DNA from: Mobula hypostoma
Lineage: Eukaryota
DNA: 64,000 nt
Assembly: GCF_963921235.1 (NCBI RefSeq)
Contig: NC_086108.1
Location: 93,498,001 to 93,562,000 of the forward strand
Direction: 5' to 3'
Below are positions 37,301 through 50,800 of the stretch, piece after piece. Numbering within the stretch: position 1 is the first letter of the stretch; every line of letters begins with the position of its first letter. The translations under genes and the position numbers were made by a program. The notes under the pieces were generated by a model. It had not been told where the DNA came from and made no database searches. It saw nothing but the letters and a program-made list of their open reading frames with translations.

Positions 37301-40300
37301 AAAGTGAAATTTTGAGAGTACAAATTTTGTATGTACTTCTCAGAATAAAAGGCAAGGATATCAGGTTTATGGAACCTTGATTTTCAAGAGATTGAGGCCC
37401 TGGTCAAGGAAAAGGAGGTAGTTTATGGCAAGTATAGGCAGGAACAAATGAGGTACTTGAGTAGAAGAAATGCAAGAGAAAGCTTAAAGAAAATCAGACT
37501 TAAAAGAAGACATGAGGTTGCACTAGCAGAAAAGGAGAAGGAGAATCCTAAGGGCTTTTACAGATGTTAAGAACAAAAGGATAGCAATGGACAGAATTGG
37601 TCCTCTTGAAGATTACAGTGGTAAGAAATGGAGATTTTAAATGGATTTTTTTTTTGCATCTGTATTTTCTTGGGAGACAGTGTCTATGGATGTGAGGCAA
37701 TGCTGCAGCAAGGTCATCAAGGATTCAATATACATGTTCTGTTCAGTTCAGTTCAATCTAGTGCTGTGGCGTTCTTTATCTACAGACACCCCAATCAGAA
37801 TTGCCCAAAATAGCAACAGAGAAATGAGCAACCAGAAACACATCATAAGTGAATCATAGAGTCAGATTCACATAACGTGAGCTGCAAAATTCAATAATGG
37901 GCACTATACAGATTAGAGGAGAATGTGTTTGCTGTCTTGAGGCAAATTAGAGTGGATAAATCCCCAGGGCGTGGAAAGGTGTTCTCTTGGACTCTGTTTC
38001 TGCTAGCGCAGAAATTCCAGTGGCCTGTGCAGAGATATTTAAAACATCCTTAACCACAGGTGAGGTGCCGGAGGATTGGAGGATAGCTGATGTTGTTCTA
38101 TGGTTCAAGAAAAGTTCTAAGAATAAGTCAGGAAATTATAGACTGGTGAGTCTGATAGTAGTGGGGAGGTTATTAGAAGGAATTATAACTGACCATTTAT
38201 ATAAGTATTTGGATAAACAGGGACTGATTAGGGATGGTCAAATGACTTTGTGCATGGTAAGTCGTGTCTAATCAATCTTGGAGTTTTTCAAGGAAGTTTC
38301 CAGGAAAGTTGATGAAGGCAAGGCAATGGATGTTATCTACACGGACTTTAGCAAGGATCTTTGACAAGGTCCCACAAGGGAGGTTAGTCAAGAAGGTTCA
38401 GTCACTTGGCATTCGATATGCGGTAGTAAATTGGATTAGACATTGGCTTCATGGAAGAAGCCATAGTGTGGTAGTAGATGGTTGCTTCTCTGACTGAAGG
38501 CCTGTGACAAGTGGTATGCCACAGGGATCAGTGCTAGGTCTGTTGTTGTTTGTCATCATCAATGATCTGAATGACGAATTATGAGTGGTATAGATAGGAT
38601 AAATGTAAGCAGGCTAGGTGAGACCACATCTAGAGGCCATGAGTAAACTGGATTAGCAAATTTTCAGCTGACACCAAGACTGGGGATATAGTGGACAGTG
38701 AGGAAGACCAAAGCTTGCAACATGATCTGGACCAATTGGATAAATAGGCTGAAAAATAGCAGATGAAATTTAGTGCAGGTAAGTGTAAAGTGTTGCCCTT
38801 TGGGAGGACCAACCAGGGTAGGCCTTGGGCAGTGAGAGGTAGAGCATTGAGGAGTGTGGTAGAACAGAGGGATCTGGAATACAGGTCCATAATTCCTTGA
38901 AAGTAGTGTCACAAGTAGAGAGGATCGTAAAGGAAGCATTTGGCACATTGATCTTCATAAATCAATGTATTGAGGACAGGAGTTGGGATGTTATGTTAAA
39001 ATTGTAAAAGATGGTGAGTATTGAGTGCAGTTTTGCTCACCCACCTACAGAAAAGATGTAAATAAAATTGAAAGAATACGGAGAAAATTTACAAGGATAT
39101 TCCCAGGATTTGAGGACTTGAGTTATAAGGAAAGGTTGAATAGATTAGGACTTTATTTGCTGAACATAGAATATTGAGAGAAGATTTGATAGAGGTATGC
39201 AAAATTATGAGGGGTATAGGTAGGATAGATGTAAGCAGGCTGGGTGAGACCACATCTAAAGGTCATGAGTTAAGGATGAAAGGTGAAATGTTTAGGGACA
39301 GCTTAAGGGGAACCCCTTTACTCAGAGGGTGGTGAGAGTGTGGAACGAGCTGACAGTGCAAATGGTGAATATAGAGTCCATTTCAACATTTAAGATAAAT
39401 TTGGATAGGTACATGGATGAGAGGAGTATGGTGGGCTAGGGCCCCAGGTGTAAGTTGATGAGAGCAGGCAGTTTAATAGTTTGGCACAGACTAGATGGAC
39501 TGGAGGGCTTATATGTGCTATAGTGTTCTGAGTCTAGATTTAAACTTAAGGTTTTTCAGTAATTTAGCAACTATACACAAATCCATGTTATTAAGAGGTA
39601 TCCTAGAAGGCTGATATTCATCCCTTTTGGGACCTTGTGGTACACTGATGTCCTTCGTTCCCTTGACCAATCCCTTTAATCTCATGGGTTTAAAGATGCA
39701 CAAGATAGACAAAATTTCAGATTTCTTTTGAGAGTCCATGCACATATAATCTTTCTTTACCAAAGTAATAATAATTTGATTTTTAAAACATCTGATCCTT
39801 TTCACACTTTTCCAAGAACCTATTATGTTTTTCAAGTGCTGGTTAATTTTGTCCTTGATTGCTCTCTGAAAGTTTTGCCCACTGTAAATGTTAGGTTGAC
39901 AGGCCTATATTTATTAGGTTGATTGTAGCTGATTTTTTTTTTAACATTATCCTCTGGTATTGCTTCCACATTTGAGTATTGGACTTGGTATTCCGGTAAA
40001 ATTTTCAGTAATTTCACTCATTTCCCTCTGCAGCTAGTTTGCATCCACATCAAATTAAAGTAATTCTCTACTAATGCTGCCAGCCTTCTCATCAACTTCT
40101 CTACTATCGCTTGTATGGTGGAGATGGGAGCAAAGAAATAGTTTTATTACCACGAATATGTACCCTCTGCTTTGAAATCTCCATTTTAGTCCTTAACTCA
40201 GCAACCCCTACACCTGCTACCCTCATTTCATTATCCTTTTTCCCATCTTTTATAATTTCTAATTTTTTAAACTTCTGCAGATATGGAATATGCAAGAAAT

Positions 40301-41843
40301 TTTTCAAAGTTGGCAGAGTCAGCTAAGACATTTATTGGCCAACAGGTAAATATGTTTGTTATTAAAGGAATGCAAATAACTACAAAGTAGACTGTTTTAG
40401 GAAATCAGTATCTTTTTTGCTTTTCCTGTTGCATGCTGACAAGAATGGGATGGGGCATATATTTAGGACAAGATAAGTTTTTTGTGTGTGTGTGTGTAAA
40501 TCAATTTATACATTCAAATTTACTACATTACGTTTATATTCTTTGAATGGGAAAGCAGCTCTTAAGAAAGAAAGATAATACAATATGTAGAAGATCTATG
40601 TTCTTATTTTAGTTTTTTTTTCCTGAACAGGTACACATGCCATTTCATTCAGTATATATGTCTGCTTTTGAATATGATATGGAGTACTGTCAGGCTATTC
40701 TTCAAACTGGAGCAGGTCTCCAGTTAAATAAATTTATTCAGGTGAGTTATTTGCAATCCTACCGAAGGGGCTCGGCTGAAACTTTTTTTCCATAGATGCT
40801 GCCTGGCCTGCTGTGTGTGTTGCTTGAGTTATCTGCAAGATATTTTTCCCTTTTTTTTTAAACACAAATCATTGTATAGAGAGGTTATTTCATCACTTTA
40901 ACAAATTCAAAAGTTAACCTACAAAATACACTTGTTTTTCAAGACAACAGTTGCCTCACTAAATCACATGTTCTAGTCTATAGATACCAATAATTGAATT
41001 TGTGACTGAGTTCATTTTCCACAAAGTGAATATTTTTTTGGTTGTTCCTTGGCTTATCAAAACATTGCCCATATTTTGTGCTACTAGGAATGTGTGATTC
41101 TCATTTGCTTCAGATATTTCTTCCTCTTATTTTTATTACCCATGCGCTATTCCTGAGGTAGACAGGAGAGAACTCTGAGATGCACGTTTCTGGAACTGAT
41201 CACTATTTACATTCTCCTTGTTCAGCATTTCTATGTAACTTAAATTATGCACAATATCTAGCAGAATTAGATTTTCAAGAATATCTTCCTGTGCAGATTT
41301 ATATATGGATTTATTGCTAAATACCTTATTTGAAATTGCAATTTGACTTACTTAGTTTGATTTGAATCCATGATAAAAGTTAATTTTAGTAGCGAAGTAA
41401 TGGTATAGAATGACATTTTGATTTAAATATTTTACAGCCACTTCTGCTTCGAAGAAATGAGCTAGATAAGCAGCGTAAAGAAATTAAAGAACAGTGGCAA
41501 AGGGAGCAAAGAAAAATGGTACCATTCTGTATACCTTTTAAAATTTTTGCACTTGCTCATTGTATGTGCGTTTAATATAAAACACAATCCATATATGTTA
41601 AGAATCTTTCATATATTTCACAGCATGAAGCAGAAACAACCTACAGGAAGGCAAATCTTTTGTACGTTCAGCGCCAGGAAGAATATGAAAAGGCAAAATG
41701 CTCTACAATTCGAGCTGAGGAAGAGCATCTAACTTCAAGTAGTGGACTGACTGGAAACTACAGCAAGCAACTTGAGAAAAAACGGAAACTGGAAGAAGAT
41801 GCTTTACAAAAAGTAGTTTATTTACATAATTTAAGTGTTTATA

Positions 41844-41876
<33 letters not shown>

Positions 41877-44800
41877 TATATGTATATAGAGAGAGAGAGA
41901 TTGATTCTTGAAGTATTGAAGTGACAATCTCTTTATCAGTGTTGAGTGCTACAACTTTTAACTCATCTTAAAGTCACAAACTAATTTGTACACTTCAGAA
42001 CTTGACTTCTCTGGTACATAGGATGACATGGTAACATAGCAGTTAGTGCGATGCTATTATTGCTCGGGCATCGGATGAGAGTTCAATCCTGGCACCCTCT
42101 GTAAGGAGTCTGTACGTCTTCCCTGTGGAATGTGTGGGTTTCTTCTGGGTGTTCTGGTTTCCTCCCACAGTCCAAAAATGTACTGCTCAGTAGGTTAATT
42201 GGTCATTGTAAATTGTCCCATGGTAGGTTATGGTTAATCGGGTTTGTTAGGCAGTGTGGCCTGAAGGGCTTATTCTGCACTGTATCTCTAAATAAAATAA
42301 AACTATTAGATGCACTTTTTAATAAAAAGTGAATTAATTTTTCCCTCTATTTTTGTAGTTGCCATCTTGATAATTGATTTCTGTGACTTGAATTGCTATC
42401 ATTGCTTGGATATAATTGCGTACATAAAATATTCTCTTGGAAGTGAAAATAGCTATTTGGTTGGTAATAATGGATTGTGTCAATATTTTCTGAATTCAGT
42501 CAAATTTCCTCATTTGAAAGCAATGTAGTACCGCAACTTAAGTTGCCTGTGGGGTGATTTGTGTCTTGTTTGTTTGAGATTACTGAAATTAAAATGAGTT
42601 ATTTAAAATTTTGAAATTTCTCTTTTGTAGGCAGAAGAAGCTGAAGAGAATTTCAAAGCCTCTATATCAGATGCCAATGAAAAAAGAAGCAATATGGAAA
42701 GCATCAAGAGTGATATACTGACACAATTACGTGAACTTGTCTACCAGTGTGATCTCACCTTAAAATCGGTACGTCTGTTTTCTGCAAATCATGCTTCCGT
42801 TGCTAAACCATGTATGGAGTTGTTTCAGCTTAAAGGACTTGAATTGGGCATAGTGGCATGGAGAGTTCGGTTACCCTAGAGCAGGTGTTCTCAACCTGGG
42901 GTCCATTGACCCTTACTTAATGGTATTGGTCCATCGCATAAAAAGGTTGGGAACCCCTCCCTAGAGTATTGGTTATAAGACCATAAGCTATAGGAACAGA
43001 ATTAGTCCATTCGACCCGTTGAGTCAGCTTCGCCATTCAATCGTGGCTATGATGTTTAACATTCTTTTCCCCACAGAATTAATAAGCATTGAACATAAAT
43101 ATCATTTTTTAATGTAATGTATGAAGTCAACTTGCCAAGCCATTGATTTTTTTTTTCCGACATGCATTCCATTGATTCTAACTTAAATTTTTTCAGGTGA
43201 CAGTCAACTTGTTTCAGATGCAGCATGCTCAAGTGGTCTCCCTTCCTGTTAATTACCAATCTCTTTGTGAAAATACCAAGTTATATGAGCCAGGACAACA
43301 GTATTCGGAGTTTGTCAAAAGTTTACCAAAAGAGGAAGTTTCAATGGAATCGTGCCTTACGCCATTTCCAGTTTTGTCCAGTGGAGGGTATGTATTTGAG
43401 TGGTTTTGGCCTTGAATTATTTTGCCTTGTGTCCCTACCTAAAAGGATGCAGGCAGTGACACAATAAGGTAGTGTGAATACCTTGTACATGAATATTCTA
43501 TTTATTGAATTTTGCTGTAACAAGTAACGTTCACTGTCATCGTAGAAGAATAACGATTGATGCATTTTGCCTGCACTTTATCGCAGGTTTTCTTTCTTTA
43601 TCGAAATTTATTTTCTTGGTGGGGAGCATACACAAGGTCTTTGAGGTGCTTAATGTAGACTAATACTTGGGGGTTATTTCCCCACCACTAAATTCCCATT
43701 AACGAGGAGATGTAGCTGTTTTCTAAGAACTTTTCTCTTGTCCACCCCACCTAACACAATAAAGCTCCATTATCTCACTATTGAGGAACTTCAGTGTTTC
43801 GGCTTCTAGCTCACTTGGTAACATTTGTACAAACGTTTGTATTTCTCCATCTACTTTCTGGAGCCCTGGCTTGCCATGCTCCCTTGAAATTTGCTAGGTT
43901 CAATGAAATGTTATGTGTAATTATTCTTTAAATTGAATTTTTTTTAAGTAATTTAATTAAAGTAATTAATATCATAATTGTCCAGAAAATCTGCTAGTCC
44001 AGCAGCACCAAAGTGCCATCATGCTGAATTAATTGAGTTTGTATTGTTAATTTAAAATAAATTCTAGTAAAGCAATTTCCTCCTTCCCCCTACAGGCTTC
44101 CAATTACTAAAAAAACAACAAATAGTCCACATTCATCACAAGGAAATTTGTCACAGACCTCTGGTACCTCAGGTGATATTCCACTTCAGTCACCTGATGT
44201 GGAAAGTCCTTTTCATGTAAAGTCCAATAACTTGGAAGAGAAGCAGTTGAATAGCATTGATCTTCAAGGTATTTACAAGGAATTTTCTTTCTCACAGGCT
44301 CTGTGTTCAACATCTTAAAAGATTGTTATTTAATTACAGTGCATTAGATCTTGCAGATTCTTATAAGCTCTGATGAATAGATTGTTTTTACAATAATTGC
44401 TTTATCTAGTTTTAATAATGTATGATTTCCACATTTCATTACTAAATTGAACACTTGAACATGCAGGAAATAGCTTGAAATGAACTTTCTGCAAGTACAC
44501 ATTATCAAATTAAGTATTGGGTATATGATTATCTGGGCTATTATTACTTAAGGAATTCTCAAGGTGTGGAAGGCTTTTTTTTAAAAAAAAACAACCTGAA
44601 GTTTAAGAGAAGATTGATATCCAAAAGTTCCGAGGCTGTGAATCGTATGTTGCTATTGTGGGTCATTATCAATAATTTAAATCTTTTCATCCTTGCTCTC
44701 TGAAAGATAAAATGATTTGAAAATTTACCACAGAAATAACTGTTTCTAAGAAATGTTTTATCATCATTTTGTATCTTTCACCAGTTCAGACCTACCCTTG

Positions 44801-47800
44801 TTTTTACGTATGTTCCTGCGTTTTATATAATAATAATAATAGTCTCGTGAGACCATGGATTTGCGCCTTGGAAAGTTTCCAGGGTGCAGGCCTGGGCAGT
44901 TACCCATGCTGCAAGTCTCATGCGTTTTATATATGAAACCATATTTGCGCTTTAATTAGCGAATTAACTGGCAAAGTGGTGCTGCTCCAGCAGCCCAGGT
45001 TTGAGCCTGATCTTTGGTACTATACCATACTGAGTGATTCAGAACAGCTGCTTGCCTTCTGTCAAAATTTTGAACAGTCCTTGAATCCATCAACACTGTC
45101 TCATTAATCTTTTTGTAATTTGTACATTTTTGCCTTTGCACTGTACAGCTAGGCGCAACTTTATATTTCATGTTGTATATGAATAATAATAAATCTCATT
45201 CTGATTTCCCCTGTGATTGTTTAGGCTTTGAAAAGCGAGGAAGTTGATTGGCATATGCTAGACTGTGGTTTACAAGGAAAATAAGTGGGGGAGGGGAGTG
45301 CGCAAAATGATATTGAGCACAGACTTCCTGGGCCAAATGACCACTTCCTATGAGGCAAGAGTGGATATCGGACCACTGGAAGATGATGCTGGAGAGACAG
45401 TAATGGGGGGTAACAAAATAGTGGACGAACTGAATAAGTATTTTGTGTCAGTCGTCACTGTGGAATCCAAGTGTCAGGGATCATGAAGTGTATGAAGTTA
45501 CCATAACTGAGTGAAGGAATCTGAAAGGTCTGAAAGTAGGTAAGTCACCTGGACCAGATGGTATACACTCCAGGATTCTGAAAGACATGGCTGAAGAGAT
45601 CGTGGAGGCATTAGTGATGATCTTTCAGAAATCACGAGATTCTGGAATGGTTCTGGAACACTGGAAAATCACAAATGTCACTCCACCGTTCAAGAAGGTA
45701 GAGAGGCAGAAGAAAGGAAACTATAGGCCAGTTAGCCTGACCTCTGGTTAGGAAGATGTTGGGAGTCGATTAAAGATGAGGTCTTGGGGTACTTGGAGGA
45801 GGCACATGATGAAATCGACGATTGTCAGCATGGTTTTTTTCAAGAGAAAATCTTGCCTGACAAATCTGTTGGATTTCTTTGAAGAAATTACTAGCAGAAC
45901 AGACAATGGAGAATCAGTTGATGTTGTGTACTTTGATATTCAGAAGGCCTTTGACAAGGTGCCACACAATGAGCCCATGGTATTACAGGAAAGATCCTAG
46001 CATGGATAGAGCAGTGGCTGATTTGCGGGAGGCAAGGAGCGGGAATAAAGGGAGTCTTTTCTGGTTGGCTGCTGGTGACTAAACGTGTTCCACAGGGGTC
46101 AGTTTGGGACAGATTATTTTTACATTATATATCAATGATTTGGATGATGGAATTGATGGCTTTGTTGCAAAGTTTACAGATGATACGAAGATGGGGGGGC
46201 AGGTATTTTTGAAGAAGTGGAGGGGGCTACAGAAGAACTTAGAATGTGCAAAGAAATGGCAGATGGAATACAAAGTTGGGAAGTGTATGGTCATGCACTT
46301 TCTCAGAAGAAATGAAAGGGTTGATTATTTTCTAAGTGGAGAGAGAAGTTTTAAAAATGAACACAAAGGGACTTGGAATGCTTGTGCAGCCTTTTCCAAC
46401 CTTTTTGCCCTGGAGGAATCCATGAAATAATGTTCAGGTCTCGCAGAACTCCTGTGTAAAAATTATTATATCTACAGCTCATGGTACTTCAGCATGATCA
46501 GTAAATTGTAGATATGATAATCTAAAAATAATTTTCAATGTTCTTTTTACCCAACCTTTTTTGGGGGAAAAAAACAAGTAGTTAAGCTTATCTTACTTTT
46601 CTTGAAATTAATCTTTTTCCCTTCCATAAATTTTAAAAACTCGTAAGACAAACATAATAAATTTCTGTTAAATAACTGGCTTAAGCCAAAATGGCAATTA
46701 ATTTTTCTTAAGGAAGGCTTGGTAAATTTGATTTAAATAAAGGTTGTAAATTGATTTTAATTAGAAGTTGTATTTGGTTTGAGATTCCAACAGCCATTTA
46801 AAATAATCAGCACTTTTACCTATCATAGAGCGGTGATTTGTAGTTGTGTCTTATCGATTTCGCTGGGGCTGTTGCTGCATTTATAAGTTGTTTGCCACAG
46901 ACTTAGCACAATGGAATAGGGGTAAATAAAATATGAAAAAGAATGGGATAATAAATAATAAGAAAACCGCAAAAAATACCAACACTTCACAATACAATTC
47001 ACTTCTAACCTACACAGTCCACTTTTTGCGTAAAAATCTCTTCTTTAGAATGAAAATTTCCTTCCAATTTTCTACTACACTGGTAGAGTTTGGTCACTCC
47101 CTTAAATCAGTTGGCGGTGTGTCAGGGGAAGTCGGAGGTAATTCAGGAAGGAGAGACTTGAGTAATAGCCCAAGTTGGGCAAGTCCATTCAATGCACAGA
47201 AAATGCACTTCACACTCCACATCAGCCTACTGTCCTTCCCTCCATCAATTATAAATCAATCAATTATAAACACTCATCAATTATAAATAGCCTCCCCTAT
47301 CCCACATCAGAAACAGAATAAACACAGTCCTGCGCACTGCTCTAGTGGGCTGAGAGACCTCTAAGAGATTGTGAACAGGGCTGCTCAGTCACTGCCCACT
47401 GCTGCAAGCACTAGCATCGCAAGTTGCATAAAGTTCAAAAGACTATGTTTAATCTTTTCAGTCACTATTTCTGATAGAACCCTAGTGTTCCACAGATCCT
47501 GTTGAGAAACGCTGTCCCCAAAGGATAATTTGCAGGTTGAGTCTGTGGTGAGGAAACCAAATGCAATGTCGGCATTCATTTCAAGAGGGCTAGAATATAA
47601 AAGCAAGGATAGAGTGGTTAGACTTTATAAAGCACTGGTGAGGCCTCAATTTGAGTATTGTGAGCAGTTTTGGGCCCCTTATCTTAGGATGTGCTGACAT
47701 TGGAGAGGGTTCAAAGGAGGTTCACAAAAATGAATCCTGGATTGAATGGTAATAAAGAATGTTTGTTGGCTCTGGGCCTGTTTTCACTAGAATTCAGAAG

Positions 47801-50800
47801 AATGAGATGTGACCTCATTGAACCCTATCAAATGGTGAAAGGCCTTGATAGAGCGAATGTGGAGAGGATGTTTCCTATGATGAGGAGAATCTAGGGCTAG
47901 AGGACACAGCCTCAATAGAGGGGCATCCTTTTAGAGCAGAGATGAGGAATTTCTTTAGCCAGAGAGTAGTGAATTTGAAATTCTTTGCTAGGCAACTGTG
48001 GAGGCCAAGTCTTTACGTATACTTAAGGCAGAGGATGATAGATTCTTTATTGGTCATGCCAAGAAGAGATGCAGGGAGAAGGCAGGAGATTGGGTGCTGA
48101 GTGGAAAATTAGACCAGCCATGATTAAATTGTGGAGAAGACTCAGTGGGCCAAATAGCCCTATTCTGCTCTTATATCTGATGGTATTATGGTCTGTGTTG
48201 AAACTAATAAAATTATTTATGCAGAGAGTCGATATGGATCTTATAGGCTAAATGGGCCACCTTGAGCTATTATTTTAATTCAGTGCTTCATCATTCTATG
48301 ATTTCGTCCTGTCATATGGGCAGGTTGTTGTCAATAGATAAATGTTTCTGTAAATCTTTTTCAGTTTTGTTAGTATGGATTTTTTGTTTTATATCTGTGC
48401 TGCATGGTTTTGCAAGATGATCTATTGGGCTAATAGTTTAAGGCAGAGTTGACATTTTTATAGTCTAAACTGTATCTCTGGTTTCCCTTTTGCAGCAGTC
48501 CAAAGTCATGGGGCATTCAGAGCTTGGCCCTTAGGACCGCAGGGCAGTGGTATGTGCAGTGATTCAGAAAGTGGAGGAGGAAGCAGTGAGTCACAGTCTG
48601 TGGATTCCCCTTCTACTAGCCCAGGTATGGAAACTAAACTTTTAGTAACTATTCCTGATGTCCCAAATCACTATTTTGGTTTATATGGTAGGAACATGAG
48701 CATAAGGTGTTACAAATTCATTTGCTGCACCCTACCACAAGTCTCTGAAGAATGAGAATCAGAATCAGGTTTAATATGACTGGCATATGTCATAAAATTT
48801 GTTTTACAACAGTACATCTCAATGCATAGTAATAAAAACTATACATTACAATAAGTATAGTACTGTGCAAAAGTATTGTACACATGTAAAGGACATGTAA
48901 AAGAAAATCTAAAGCAAAGTTGCTTTTAAAAATGAAAAGTTTCTAAATATCAAAAAAATTACTATAAGGAGCAGTAAATGGTGAAAAAAAAATCAAATCA
49001 ATATTTGGTGTGACTATCCTTTGTCTTTAAAACTGCATCAATTCTCTTAGGCACACTTTTGAGCACTTTTATAAGAAAATCGACTGGTAGGTTGTTCCAA
49101 GCATCTTGGAGAACTTGCCACAGTTCATAGACTTTGGCTATCTCGCATGCCTCTGTCTCTCCAGGTAATCCCAGGCAGCCTTGATGATGTTGGGATCAGG
49201 GCTCTATGGAGGCCATTGTATTTGTTGCAGAACTCCTTGTTCTTTAGACTGCAGATAGTTTTTGGCCTTGTGTTTGGGGTCATTATCCTGCCGCAGAATA
49301 AAGTTGGGACCAGTCAGACGCCTCCTTGGTGGGATTGCGTGATGGATGAGGATCTGCTTGTACTTCTCAGCATTGAGGGTTCCATTAACTGACCAAATCG
49401 CCAACTCCATTTGCAGAACTATAGCCCCAAACCTGCAAGGAGCCACCACCATGCCTCACTGTTGGCTGCTGACACTCATCCATTTAGTACTCTTCTACAG
49501 ATAAATTGTAGCTGGTTTGAGACAAAAATTTGAAATTTTTGTCTCACCAGTCCAGAGCACTTGCTGCCATTGTTCAGCACCCCAGTCCTTGTGTTTTTGT
49601 AGGTAGGTGAATCTCTTGGCTTTGCTTCTACTTTGGAAGAATGACTTTTTGGCAGCAACATGTCCATGAAGACCACTTCTGACAAGACTTCTCCGGATTG
49701 TAGAGGGGTATACTTGGGTTCCAGTAGTTTCTGTGAGTTCAGAGCTGATGGCAGTGCTAGACGTCTTCCAATTTAGAAGGGATGCCAGTTTGATGTATCT
49801 CTCATCTGCTGCGCTCAACTTCCATGGCCGACCACTACTCTTACTACTCTTCTGGTCCTTAATCTTGCCTCTTTCTTCAGAAGAGCTTGAACAGCACATC
49901 TTGAAACACTCATCTCCCTTGAAATTTATGCTTGGGAAAGACATTGCTGATGCAAATGGCTGCCTTGTGCCTTGTTGCTATGCTCACTCTTGCCATGGTG
50001 TAAGAATTAATGATTTAAAGTTTGAATTGTGGCATCTGCCACATCCTCATCTTATAGTTTGGTTGCCCTTCACAGAGTTTGATTTGTTCTACACCTATTT
50101 CTGTTACAGTTAATCAGATTACTTCATTCAAATCATTATGTCATTGATCATTAGCATCCTGTTTGTTATCTTTGCTTTACCATGCACCGCGCTACACATT
50201 ACCTACAAAGTAAGTTTTTATTTGAAAAATGGTCTACTACTTGTATGTTATTTTAACAAAATACAGTTTCTCTAACATATATAATTGTTAGGAAAATGAA
50301 TGTTTGGAAATCTGAAATTTGCTCTTTTCTACTTATACACTCACTGAAACAAAATTGCTATAAAAAATGTTGGGTGCCTAAATTATTTACAGTACTGTGT
50401 GTATGAATATACATAAAATAAAGTAAACGGTGCATAGAGAGAGGGGAAAATATTAAGCAAGTGTTCACGGGTTCATTGTCTGTTCAGAAATCTGATGGTG
50501 GAGGGAAATGAGCTGTTCCTGAAACATTGTGTGTCTTCAGGCTTCTGTTCCTTCTTGAAAGTGGCAATGAGAAGGGTGCATATCCAAGGGGATGGGGGTC
50601 CTTAATAATGGATGCCACATTTTTCAGGCATTGCCTTTTGAAGGTGTTCAAAATGCTGGGGAGTCTAGTGCCCATGAGCAAGCTGGCAGAGTTTACAACT
50701 TGCTGCAGCTTTTTCCAATCCATGCAGTGGCCCCATAAACAGCGATGCAGCCAGTTAGAATGCTCACCGCAGTACAATTGTAGAAATTTGCAAATGTCTT

